Assembly: GCA_943325255.2 (NCBI GenBank)
Contig: CALPOS020000001.1
Span: 1 to 32,842, forward strand
From: Sphingobacterium thalpophilum
GTDB taxonomy: Bacteria; Bacteroidota; Bacteroidia; Flavobacteriales; Flavobacteriaceae
Length of the DNA: 32,842 nt
Direction of reading: 5' to 3'
The notes beneath the pieces were generated by a model that ran no database searches, had not been told where the DNA came from, and worked only from the letters and a program-made list of their open reading frames with translations. A program made the position numbers and the translations under genes. Positions 9,067 through 18,027 of this stretch are shown here, in pieces. Within the stretch, counting starts at the first letter, position 1, and every line of letters begins with the position of its first letter.

Positions 9067-11448
9067 TTAATTTTTGTAGAACTTGTGCGTTTCTTTAAAA
9101 GTACTTGAACTTAATTCAATAAAGTACATTCCAGTCTTTAAATCGGTTACATCTATATTTTGAAGTCCGTCGGCCGATTCTTTAAAGTAAACCAATTGTC
9201 CCAATAAGTTGTAGATATTAATGGTATACTCGGTTTGTTTTGAATTAACAGTAAGCAAAGAATGGGTTGGGTTTGGGTAGATTTTAAATTTTTGCATTTC
9301 CACTTGACTTGTCGACAGAACTGAATTTTGAAGTACATTCACTTTAAAATCGTCAAAATAAAAACCATCAAGATTACCGCCATTGTCAGTAACTAAGCGA
9401 AATCTAACATTGACTGTTTGTCCGGCATAATCACTCAAACTAATTTCTTCATTTACCCAGCTTTCTTGATTTCCCGTATATCCAGTTACACTTGGCATAA
9501 CTGTGTTTTGCGTAAAAGTTTTGGTGAATTTACCACATTGTTGCACCCAAGTTAATCCGTTGTTAGTTGAAACATCAAATGAAACATAATCGTATATTCT
9601 TTCTAAATTCCATTTCGCTGAAAAAGAAATAGATGCATTGGCGACTCCAGTTAAGTTTATGGGATTTGATAATGTAATTCTTCGATTAAGATTATTTGAG
9701 TAATTGTTAAATGGAGAATCCGTAATAGAAGTGTTTGGAGAGACAAAATCTTCTGTTGTTGTTCCCCAACTTGTAGTTGTCCATGTTGGTAAAAGTGCTG
9801 AACCATTGTCCTCCAAAACAGTTTGAAATTGTCCAAAACGTTTAGTTACTAGCTTTTTCTCTTCAAACAACCCATTGTCGATTACATATTCGAAAACAAC
9901 TAAATCATTGCTTGCAGTACCTGGCGTAATAACTAGTTCGATACTTGAATTTACTGTTTCCATAAGTGATAAAGGACCACAATTAAAAGGAACTCCAACT
10001 GAAAGTATATTGGATGAAATTGGATTAATTGCAACTGTAAAAACACCATTTCCAGTCAACCCTAGTCTTGTTAATTCAAAATTTGCATTAACAATAGCTG
10101 AGCTCCCGAGGAAATTGCCAGTAGTGTCCTTAAAGTACGCGTAATTATTAACTACCTTAGCGGCAGTCAAATTTGTGTACATCATTTCTTTACAAAGCGG
10201 AATAATATCAGTTTCCGGTGGCCAAAAAGAATCACCGATTTCTGGAGTAAAAGCATAAATTTTACCATGATTCATTGTTTGTCCATACATAAAATCGTCC
10301 GAATTTCCTGATGCAGCGTAAAGTAAAGAGGAAATAATATTCGAATAGTCATTTTTTGAAACCATTAATTCACCGAGTGTAGAAAATAGCGTTTCATCAG
10401 CGCTTGGCGTATTCAAATCATATCCGAAAGGATGTAATAATAAATTGCTAAACGTATGCGCATTCAATGCCACTTTAAAATTATGGGTATCAACAAAATA
10501 TTGAATCGCTAGATTTTCAGGTTCTGACATTGCAGATGTTCCTGGATAAGTTTCGCCGTTAGTCTCTAATGAAACTCCGTTCGTATTCCACACACTTTGA
10601 AAAGGATCATTTTCTTTCCAATAGTCGTAATTTCTATTATTGTCTACACCAAATTCCCCGTCATCAAAAGGTCTTCTGTTTTTTCGCCACATACCGCCAC
10701 CATCGGGAAAACTTACATTATTAAAAACATAACCATCTGGATTGACAACAGGAATAAAATACAATTCAGTATTGTCTACAATTCTTTGTATTTCTTCGTT
10801 GCTTTCATAATTTTCCAACAAATACCACATATAAAAAATGGTTTGCGAGAGCGAAATCGGTTCTCGCGCGTGATGCACGGCAGTATATAGAACTTGAGGC
10901 TTTGTAGAAGGAACATTCGGATTACTGGTAATTTTTACGGATTGCAAAAATCGACCTTCTTGCGTAGCAAATGTCCCGACGTTTTCTCTTGCAGTAATCA
11001 AATTTGGAAAGGCGGAATGCATCGCATCCAATTGAAATAGCATCTCTTCGTAGGTCAAGTAACCGCCCATCGAACCAAAAGTAAAATTAAATGGAACGAC
11101 GTAATCTTCTTGAATTTCGTCACATGAAACATTTTGCGGAGCGACAATTCGTTTCGCTTTTCCTTTGTTTTGTTCGATGTAGAATTTTTGTACGTCTTCT
11201 ATTTCAAACTCTACGCGAAGTCCCAAGTCTTTTGCTTTTTGAATTTCTGAATCAGAAAAATCTGAAGTCAAAGAATAGCCCATTTTGTGAATTCCATGGT
11301 CCATTGGAACGCCTAATTGTTCTAATTTTTTGAAGTTTTCAATGGAATTGTAGATGATTTTTGCACGGTGGTATTGCGCTACTTTCTGTTGTGCAAAAAG
11401 GGAAATTGAAACAAAATAAAGGAATAGGACTGTTTTGAAAATCTTCAT
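9067..11448 (-). CDS. M14 zinc carboxypeptidase (carboxypeptidase T-like) with beta-sandwich domains and a T9SS type A C-terminal sorting domain
   Basis: HHAREP, VNPDGY, WRKNRR, GVDNNRNY, NAHTFS and FTPEIG motifs. C-terminal KIYPNPT...YNLLGQLV...GMYFIEL. Signal peptide ends LFA|Q. Start set at ATG 11448 because the TTG at 11469 lies in a -7 box. Confidence 0.9.
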   Translation of the reverse strand: MKIFKTVLFLYFVSISLFAQQKVAQYHRAKIIYNSIENFKKLEQLGVPMDHGIHKMGYSLTSDFSDSEIQKAKDLGLRVEFEIEDVQKFYIEQNKGKAKRIVAPQNVSCDEIQEDYVVPFNFTFGSMGGYLTYEEMLFQLDAMHSAFPNLITARENVGTFATQEGRFLQSVKITSNPNVPSTKPQVLYTAVHHAREPISLSQTIFYMWYLLENYESNEEIQRIVDNTELYFIPVVNPDGYVFNNVSFPDGGGMWRKNRRPFDDGEFGVDNNRNYDYWKENDPFQSVWNTNGVSLETNGETYPGTSAMSEPENLAIQYFVDTHNFKVALNAHTFSNLLLHPFGYDLNTPSADETLFSTLGELMVSKNDYSNIISSLLYAASGNSDDFMYGQTMNHGKIYAFTPEIGDSFWPPETDIIPLCKEMMYTNLTAAKVVNNYAYFKDTTGNFLGSSAIVNANFELTRLGLTGNGVFTVAINPISSNILSVGVPFNCGPLSLMETVNSSIELVITPGTASNDLVVFEYVIDNGLFEEKKLVTKRFGQFQTVLEDNGSALLPTWTTTSWGTTTEDFVSPNTSITDSPFNNYSNNLNRRITLSNPINLTGVANASISFSAKWNLERIYDYVSFDVSTNNGLTWVQQCGKFTKTFTQNTVMPSVTGYTGNQESWVNEEISLSDYAGQTVNVRFRLVTDNGGNLDGFYFDDFKVNVLQNSVLSTSQVEMQKFKIYPNPTHSLLTVNSKQTEYTINIYNLLGQLVYFKESADGLQNIDVTDLKTGMYFIELSSSTFKETHKFYKN

Positions 11449-11466
11449 ATACGTGAAATTTGATTT

Positions 11467-11474
11467 CAAAGATA
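11467..11474 (-). promoter_or_regulatory. -7 promoter box for the M14 peptidase gene
   Basis: CAAAGATA reads TATCTTTG on the minus strand, 18 nt upstream of ATG 11448. Confidence 0.6.
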
Positions 11475-11611
11475 TTCTTTATTTTCAATTCACTTGAATG
11501 ATTAGCATTTGTTTCAAACGTTTGAGTCTTATAGATTATAGGTTGAATACTAGTTCTTTTCAATTTGCTTGTCACAATTTAGATATCTATTTCCAATCAT
11601 GTGTTTTCGTA

Positions 11612-12073
11612 CTAGTTTTTGGTGTCAGTTTCCTTATAACTTTTAACACGTTCTCCTTGAATATACATTTTCAACGTGTTTAAATGGATGGTAAAAGGAA
11701 CAAGATTCCAATCGAGATTCGTGTCTGCTTCATAAGTGGTCAGGAATTGATACCAGAACGAATACGCTACAGTGTTAAACCCTTTTTTAAATAGTGTTTC
11801 TCCCGTTTTCTCGCATTCAATACCCCAATTGATTGGTCGTTTTGGTTGACCGTGAAGTTGATAAAAACCGGTTCCATTTTCGTTCAATTCGACAATTGGT
11901 TCGCCTCCTTCAAATAGATACGTTCCAGCCACCGGATAATTAATATTGGTTCTGATGTAATGAATTCCCGATTTCGTTTCTATTTCACTGACTGTATTTT
12001 GCCCGAAGCTTTTCATCATGAAGAGCATCATTGCGATTACGACTATGTTTTTTGATTTCATAATTGTTGTCAT
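11612..12073 (-). CDS. Hypothetical secreted protein
   Basis: 153 aa with a signal peptide ending SFG|Q. Its ATG directly abuts the purL stop. Alternative start at 12061. Confidence 0.7.
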   Translation of the reverse strand: MTTIMKSKNIVVIAMMLFMMKSFGQNTVSEIETKSGIHYIRTNINYPVAGTYLFEGGEPIVELNENGTGFYQLHGQPKRPINWGIECEKTGETLFKKGFNTVAYSFWYQFLTTYEADTNLDWNLVPFTIHLNTLKMYIQGERVKSYKETDTKN

Positions 12074-15000
12074 TTATTTGGCGTTCTTATTTACATTTTC
12101 AATCCACTGTCGTGCATTCACAAAAGCTTCTAACCAAGGCGAAACTTCATCGTTTCTATCCTTTGGATAATGCGCCCAGTTCCACGAAAAGGTGGAGCGC
12201 TCAATATGCGGCATCATTACCAAATGTCTTCCCGTTTTATCGCAAAGCATTGCTGTGTTGTAGTCAGAACCGTTTGGATTGGCTGGGTAATTTTCATATC
12301 CATATTTCGCTACAATGTGATATTGATTTTCTTCGTATGGCAAGTCAAATTTTCCTTCACCATGCGAAACCCAAACACCTAAAGTGCTTCCGGCAAGCGA
12401 ACTTAGCATGATCGAATTGTTTTCTTGAACCGTTACTGACGTAAAAATACTTTCGTGTTTGTGACTGTCGTTGTGTTTCATTTTACCATGAATTTTATGT
12501 TCAGGATAAATCACTTCTAGTTCCATAAATAATTGGCAACCGTTGCATATTCCTACCGACAAAGTATCTTCTCGCGTGAAGAAACGCTCTAAAACGTTTT
12601 TGGCTTTTTCGTTATATAAAAATGCTCCCGCCCAACCTTTGGCAGAACCCAATACATCTGAATTCGAAAATCCACCAACGGCACCTATAAACTGAATGTC
12701 TTTCAAATCTTCTCGACCTGAAATCAAATCGGTCATGTGTACATCTTTTACGTCAAACCCAGCAAGATACATCGCATTGGCCATTTCACGTTCGGAATTA
12801 CTTCCTTTTTCACGGATAATTGCTGCTTTTGGACGTGGTTGGGTTGAATCAATAATTGGTTTTTTGCCATTAAAATTTTTGGGAAATTGGTATTGTAATG
12901 CTTGGTTTTTATAATTGTCAAAACGCTCTTTTGCATTGTTGTTTCTACTTTGATGTTGATCGAGTAGGAAAGAGGTTTCGAACCAAATGTCTCGGTAGGT
13001 TGAGATTTGTAGGTTGTAAGTTGTAAGTTGATGGTTGTTGCTCGATAGTTGTAAATAATCTCCCTCGATGACATTTCCAATTTTGAAAAATTCAATCTGG
13101 TTTGAATCTAAAGTACTTTCCAATTTAACGTCATCTTTCGCTTGAATCACAATTCCAATATTTTCAGAAAAAAGGATTTTGATTAGGTCTTTTTCTTTAA
13201 AAGCATCAAAATGAATGGTTGCGCCTAGATTATTATCGGCAAAACACATTTCCAAAAGTGTGGTAATCAATCCACCGCTGCCAATGTCATGTCCCGCAAC
13301 GATTTGATTATCTAGGATTAGATTTTGAATGGTATTGAACGCGCGTCTGAAAAATGCGGAATCCTTGATGGTTGGTGTTTCATGTCCAATTTTATTTAAA
13401 ATCTGCGCAAATGAACTTCCACCTAATTTGAAATCATCTTGCGATAAATTGATATAATAAATTGAACCGCCATTTCGTTGCAAAACAGGTTCTACCACTT
13501 TTGTTATATTGGTACAGTTTCCGCCAGCAGAAATGATGACAGTTCCCGGTGCAATCACTTCTTCCTTCGGGTATTTTTGTTTCATCGAAAGCGAATCTTT
13601 CCCTGTCGGAATATTAATTCCCAATTCGATAGCAAAGTCCGAACAGCCTTTTACAGCAGCGTATAATCTTGCGTCTTCTCCATCGTTTTTGCAGGCCCAC
13701 ATCCAATTAGCAGACAGAGAAATTCCTTTGATTCCGTCTTTGATAGGAGCCCAAATAATGTTAGATAGTGCTTCTCCAATGGCATTTCGGCTACCTGCAA
13801 CTGGGTCGATCAAAGCGGCGATGGGAGCGTGTCCGATGGAAGTGGCAACACCTTCTTTTCCTTGAAAATCTAAAGCCATCACGCCAACATTGTTCAATGG
13901 CAGTTGCAATGGACCGACGCATTGTTGTTTGGCTACTTTTCCGCCGACACAGCGATCGACTTTGTTGGTCAACCAATCTTTACAAGCCACGGCCTCAAGC
14001 TGTAAAACTTGATGAAGGTATTCTTTTATTTTTTCTGGTGAATATGCTAAAGCGTCGTATTTTCTATCAATCGTGACATCATTCATAATCACTTTTGGTG
14101 AACTTCCAAACATATCCTCGATAGCGAAATCCATAGGTTTGGCACCGGTGGTTTTCGATTCGAAAGTAAAACGATGATTGCCCGTTATATCGCCCACTTG
14201 ATACATCGGTGAACGCTCCCGGTCGGCAATTTTCTGCAATAACTCGATGTCGTTTTGACCGATCACCAAGCCCATACGTTCTTGCGATTCGTTGCCGATA
14301 ATTTCTTTGGCAGACAAAGTTGGATCGCCAATAGGTAATTTGTCTAGATCGATCAAACCGCCCGTTTCTTCGACCAATTCAGAAAGACAATTGAGATGAC
14401 CGCCCGCGCCATGATCGTGAATGGAAACAATCGGATTGACATCACTTTCCACCAAACCACGAATGGCATTAGCCGCTCGTTTTTGCATTTCAGGATTCGA
14501 ACGTTGGATGGCGTTTAATTCAATCCCGGAACTAAATTCACCTGTATCGGCTGAGGAAACTGCGGCGCCTCCCATTCCGATTCTATAGTTTTCACCACCT
14601 AAAATCACGACTTTGTCTCCAACTTTTGGTTGGTGCTTGAGCGATTGATTGTGTTTTCCGTATCCGATGCCGCCCGCTTGCATGATTACTTTATCGTAAC
14701 CTAAAGTTCTGTTATTTTCTCTATTTTCGAAAGTCAAAAGTGAGCCCGTGATGAGTGGTTGTCCAAATTTATTTCCAAAATCAGAGGCGCCATTCGAAGC
14801 TTTTATCAAAATATCTAACGGCGTTTGATACAACCATTTTCTCTCTGGTAAATCAGAATCCCAATTTCTGTTTTGTTGTAAACGAGAATAGGACGTCATA
14901 TAAACAGCGGTTCCAGCTAATGGCAATGAACCTTGTCCACCAGCGAGTCGATCTCTAATTTCTCCTCCCGAACCTGTTGCAGCGCCGTTGAAAGGCTCTA

Positions 15001-15781
15001 CGGTAGTCGGAAAATTATGGGTTTCTGCTTTTAGTGAAATAACAGAATCGAAATCTTTTATTGTATAAAAATCGGGTTTGTCTGAAGATTGTGGTGCAAA
15101 TTGCTGCACTTTTGGACCTTTAACAAAAGCGACATTGTCTTTATAGGCCGAAACGATGTCGTTCGGATTTTCCGCAGAAGTTTTCTTAATCATCTTAAAT
15201 AAAGACGATTCTTGTTCAATGCCATCAATCACAAAAGTGCCGTTGAAAATCTTATGTCGACAATGTTCCGAATTGACTTGAGAAAAACCAAATACTTCAG
15301 AGTCAGTCAGTTTTCTGCCAATTTTAATAGATAGTTTGTTGAGGTAATCGACTTCTTCTGCGCTTAATGATAAGCCTTCTTTTTGATTGTATTCGGCGAT
15401 ATTATCAATTTCTAATATCGGTTCAGGTTGAATATGAATCGTAAAAATGTCTTGATTTAATTCCGAATATTTTTGTGAAAGCATCGGATCGAAGTCCGAG
15501 AAATCGGCAGTTGCTTTTTGAAATTCTTCAATCCGAATGATTCCTGAAACGCCCATATTTTGAGTAATCTCAACCGCATTAGTGCTCCAAGGTGTAATCA
15601 TGGTGGCGCGTGGACCAACAAAAAAATCCGCAAGTACGGATTTAGGTTTGTTAGTTTGAGAATCTGAAACGAGTTCAGATTGAAAAAGCCAGTTTAATTT
15701 TGAAATGGTTTCTGCCGAAAGTTTGTCTTGCGTCTGTACTGCAAAAACAGTTGTGCTTTCGTTTCCGAAGAAATGAATCAT
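12074..15781 (-). CDS. purL: Phosphoribosylformylglycinamidine synthase (large single-chain PurL)
   Basis: 1235 aa. NSEHCRHKIFN, KAETHNFPT, GAATGSGGEIRD, IHDHGAGG and GKDSLSM motifs. C-terminal glutaminase domain with GICNGCQ and MMPHIER. Confidence 0.97.
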   Translation of the reverse strand: MIHFFGNESTTVFAVQTQDKLSAETISKLNWLFQSELVSDSQTNKPKSVLADFFVGPRATMITPWSTNAVEITQNMGVSGIIRIEEFQKATADFSDFDPMLSQKYSELNQDIFTIHIQPEPILEIDNIAEYNQKEGLSLSAEEVDYLNKLSIKIGRKLTDSEVFGFSQVNSEHCRHKIFNGTFVIDGIEQESSLFKMIKKTSAENPNDIVSAYKDNVAFVKGPKVQQFAPQSSDKPDFYTIKDFDSVISLKAETHNFPTTVEPFNGAATGSGGEIRDRLAGGQGSLPLAGTAVYMTSYSRLQQNRNWDSDLPERKWLYQTPLDILIKASNGASDFGNKFGQPLITGSLLTFENRENNRTLGYDKVIMQAGGIGYGKHNQSLKHQPKVGDKVVILGGENYRIGMGGAAVSSADTGEFSSGIELNAIQRSNPEMQKRAANAIRGLVESDVNPIVSIHDHGAGGHLNCLSELVEETGGLIDLDKLPIGDPTLSAKEIIGNESQERMGLVIGQNDIELLQKIADRERSPMYQVGDITGNHRFTFESKTTGAKPMDFAIEDMFGSSPKVIMNDVTIDRKYDALAYSPEKIKEYLHQVLQLEAVACKDWLTNKVDRCVGGKVAKQQCVGPLQLPLNNVGVMALDFQGKEGVATSIGHAPIAALIDPVAGSRNAIGEALSNIIWAPIKDGIKGISLSANWMWACKNDGEDARLYAAVKGCSDFAIELGINIPTGKDSLSMKQKYPKEEVIAPGTVIISAGGNCTNITKVVEPVLQRNGGSIYYINLSQDDFKLGGSSFAQILNKIGHETPTIKDSAFFRRAFNTIQNLILDNQIVAGHDIGSGGLITTLLEMCFADNNLGATIHFDAFKEKDLIKILFSENIGIVIQAKDDVKLESTLDSNQIEFFKIGNVIEGDYLQLSSNNHQLTTYNLQISTYRDIWFETSFLLDQHQSRNNNAKERFDNYKNQALQYQFPKNFNGKKPIIDSTQPRPKAAIIREKGSNSEREMANAMYLAGFDVKDVHMTDLISGREDLKDIQFIGAVGGFSNSDVLGSAKGWAGAFLYNEKAKNVLERFFTREDTLSVGICNGCQLFMELEVIYPEHKIHGKMKHNDSHKHESIFTSVTVQENNSIMLSSLAGSTLGVWVSHGEGKFDLPYEENQYHIVAKYGYENYPANPNGSDYNTAMLCDKTGRHLVMMPHIERSTFSWNWAHYPKDRNDEVSPWLEAFVNARQWIENVNKNAK
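13000..13055. repeat. Tandem degenerate heptamer tract inside the purL coding sequence
   Basis: ttgagat-ttgtagg-ttgtaag-ttgtaag-ttgatgg-ttgttgc-tcgatag-ttgtaaa (8 units), translated as LQLSSNNHQLTTYNLQIS. Confidence 0.75.
15657..15683 (-). repeat. REP/RPE-like palindromic unit in frame in the 5' part of purL
   Basis: Perfect 8-bp stem AATCTGAA-acgag-TTCAGATT (15661-15681). Coding strand TCAATCTGAACTCGTTTCAGATTCTCA encodes QSELVSDS. Confidence 0.65.
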
Positions 15782-15806
15782 TGTGGTGATGTTGTAGTTG
15801 TTGTGG

Positions 15807-15838
15807 CAAATTTAGGTTAAAAAAGCACAATCTACAAT
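15807..15838 (-). promoter_or_regulatory. purL promoter (-33/-7)
   Basis: TAAATTTG on the minus strand at 15814-15807 and TTG at 15837-15835, 20-nt spacer. Confidence 0.65.
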
Positions 15839-15864
15839 CAACATTTATCACGACTTTTAAACAA

Positions 15865-17445
15865 TTACTCTGGAAAGGCGGCACTTTGATAGGCGCCCAA
15901 ATCTGGCGGAGTTGAAGTTCTAGGCAGACCTAAAATGTCTAAAGGAACAAGATAATCTTCCGCTCCTTTTGTAAAAGCGGCTGAAGTATCATCAATATTC
16001 AATTTATTGAAATTTACATCAAAGAACTTTGGCTCTTTATTTTTGATATTGCCTTCTAATTGGTCTCTAATAAAAGCGTAAATTGGTTTGCCAGCCAATG
16101 AGGTTCCGCTATCTCTGAACTTAATCAAACAGTACTTTACATCAAATACGAAAGAAATGGTTTCGTCATTTAATTTATCTAAGAAAAGTCCTATATTGTT
16201 GGAGCCATAAATGATACAATTGTAAAAATTGGCTTGTGTCAACGCTCCAGTGATGTTTGTGCCATCTGGTTGTTCTTCATAATTACTCATCAACACCGCA
16301 ACTTGATTAGAACTTACCCAATTGTTGTTGAAAGTGCAATGTTTGAATTGATAGCTACCGCCAATAGTGCACGCTAATGCAGCTTGTCCCGCTAGATTAA
16401 TAACCAGATTTTCACATTCATTCATACTTGCTTTTCGCGCCAAAACCCCGTAATTAGCTGAATTGTAGATTTGGGAATTTTGCAACTTCAACACACAATT
16501 TTCAACCAATAATCCAACCGTAGCATTTTTTAAAGTCAAATGGTTGATGCTATTATTGATGCTGCCTTCACGCAACCAAATCGTTCCCCATTGTCCCGGA
16601 ACATCTTCATACAAAGGCTCTAGTCGATCGCCTTCAAAAGTAACTTCGTTTTGTTGCGGATTATTTGGATCTGGAGAAACGGCACCATTAATATTTAGTG
16701 TCGCTCCAGGTTGCACGACAATTCCAGATGCGTCATGAAAATAGACTTTCGCTCCTGGATTGATTGTTAATGTTTTTCCACTTGGCACACCGGCATAGCC
16801 ATAAACCACGTAGGGTTTGGTATTATTAAAAATATATTCGTTGCCATTAACTGGATCATTTTCATCCAATTCAAAACCGTTGATGCGAACTTCTTCACCA
16901 TTATCATCGGTACCTAAAAGCAAGTTTTCCTTAATGCCATTCACATCTCTTTTTGGAAATAAGAAATAAGCGTCACGAATCAAGGTAACTAAATTAACTT
17001 TCTGAGGGCCATTCGAAGAATCAAAAACGATGTCATCTGTGTAGAGAAAATCGGTTGGATTGGCATCGGCAATATTCGCAGTCGTTTCGATAAAAACATA
17101 CATACTATCTTTGGCGAGCAATTCAACATTGTTGAAAATTCGTCCATCGCCAACACCGTTGTTATCTTCATCAACTCCAGTCATGCCGTCGATCATCATG
17201 CGATATTTAGAATTGGCTTTTGCAAATTGAATTTTAGGGATTTTAATATCGTCATTGCTTCGATTGTAGACTTTCAAAGTGTAAGTACTTGAACCGATGT
17301 TACTGAAAACAGTATCTAAATAAACGGTGTCTTTTGAAAAACCGAGGTTACCTGAACTAGGAATAGTTTCAAAATCCTTACGGCACGAACTTAATGAGAT
17401 CATAAAACCGATAAGGAGAAGACAAATGATGTTGCGCATTAGCAT
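15865..17445 (-). CDS. Lipoprotein with an Ig-like N-terminal region and a right-handed beta-helix (pectin-lyase-like) region
   Basis: Lipobox LSS|C followed by RKDFE. Beta-helix-like repeats LTINPGAKVYF, GQWGTIWL, FKHCTFNNNW, FYNCIIYG. C-terminal DILGLPR...PDLGAYQ. Confidence 0.75.
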   Translation of the reverse strand: MLMRNIICLLLIGFMISLSSCRKDFETIPSSGNLGFSKDTVYLDTVFSNIGSSTYTLKVYNRSNDDIKIPKIQFAKANSKYRMMIDGMTGVDEDNNGVGDGRIFNNVELLAKDSMYVFIETTANIADANPTDFLYTDDIVFDSSNGPQKVNLVTLIRDAYFLFPKRDVNGIKENLLLGTDDNGEEVRINGFELDENDPVNGNEYIFNNTKPYVVYGYAGVPSGKTLTINPGAKVYFHDASGIVVQPGATLNINGAVSPDPNNPQQNEVTFEGDRLEPLYEDVPGQWGTIWLREGSINNSINHLTLKNATVGLLVENCVLKLQNSQIYNSANYGVLARKASMNECENLVINLAGQAALACTIGGSYQFKHCTFNNNWVSSNQVAVLMSNYEEQPDGTNITGALTQANFYNCIIYGSNNIGLFLDKLNDETISFVFDVKYCLIKFRDSGTSLAGKPIYAFIRDQLEGNIKNKEPKFFDVNFNKLNIDDTSAAFTKGAEDYLVPLDILGLPRTSTPPDLGAYQSAAFPE

Positions 17446-17577
17446 AGATTTTTGGTAAAAATAGTAAAAAATGTATTGGTGTTTTAACCGAATCGTTTTT
17501 TAAAACGTCGAAAGTTCATTTTTATTCTGAGATCGAGGAAACTTATCAGTGATGGTGTTTGCAAACCTATTTAATCT

Positions 17578-17585
17578 TAATTTTG
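17578..17585 (+). promoter_or_regulatory. -7 promoter box for the thioesterase-menF-bshB1 operon
   Basis: TAATTTTG ending 13 nt before ATG 17599. Confidence 0.55.
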
Positions 17586-17598
17586 TACAAAAAAAGAT

Positions 17599-18027
17599 AT
17601 GGCCTTTGATAAAGAAAAGATGCTCGACCTATGTAATACGATTTCGAAGAACACTTTAATGGAGACTTTAGAAATCAAATACATCGATGCTGGAGAAGAT
17701 TTTTTGGTGGCTCAAATGCCTGTCAATCCAAGAATTCATCAACCAATGGGTTTATTGCATGGAGGCGCCAGTGTTGCCTTGGCAGAAAGCGTAGGAAGTG
17801 CTGCATCGATGTTGCTTGTCAATAATGAACTCAGTGAAATTCGAGGAATCGAAATTGCCGCGAACCATTTGCGCGCAAAAAGAACCGGAATGGTAACTGG
17901 AACCGCAAGAATTGTACATCAAGGCAAAAGTATTCACCTATGGGAAATTAAGATTACTGACGAAAACGGGAAATTGATTTCAATTTGTAAATTGACCAAT
18001 ATGGTTTTACCCAAAAGGAAACTGTAA
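17599..18027 (+). CDS. PaaI/hotdog thioesterase, probable DHNA-CoA hydrolase (MenI-like)
   Basis: HQPMGLLHGGASVALAESVGS motif. TAATG stop/start overlap with the isochorismate synthase gene. Confidence 0.85.
   Translation: MAFDKEKMLDLCNTISKNTLMETLEIKYIDAGEDFLVAQMPVNPRIHQPMGLLHGGASVALAESVGSAASMLLVNNELSEIRGIEIAANHLRAKRTGMVTGTARIVHQGKSIHLWEIKITDENGKLISICKLTNMVLPKRKL

Noticed and set aside
15782-15864. Purine or ZTP riboswitch upstream of purL
   Set aside because: The -7 box is only 25 nt from the ATG, leaving no room for an aptamer, and I saw no matching motif.
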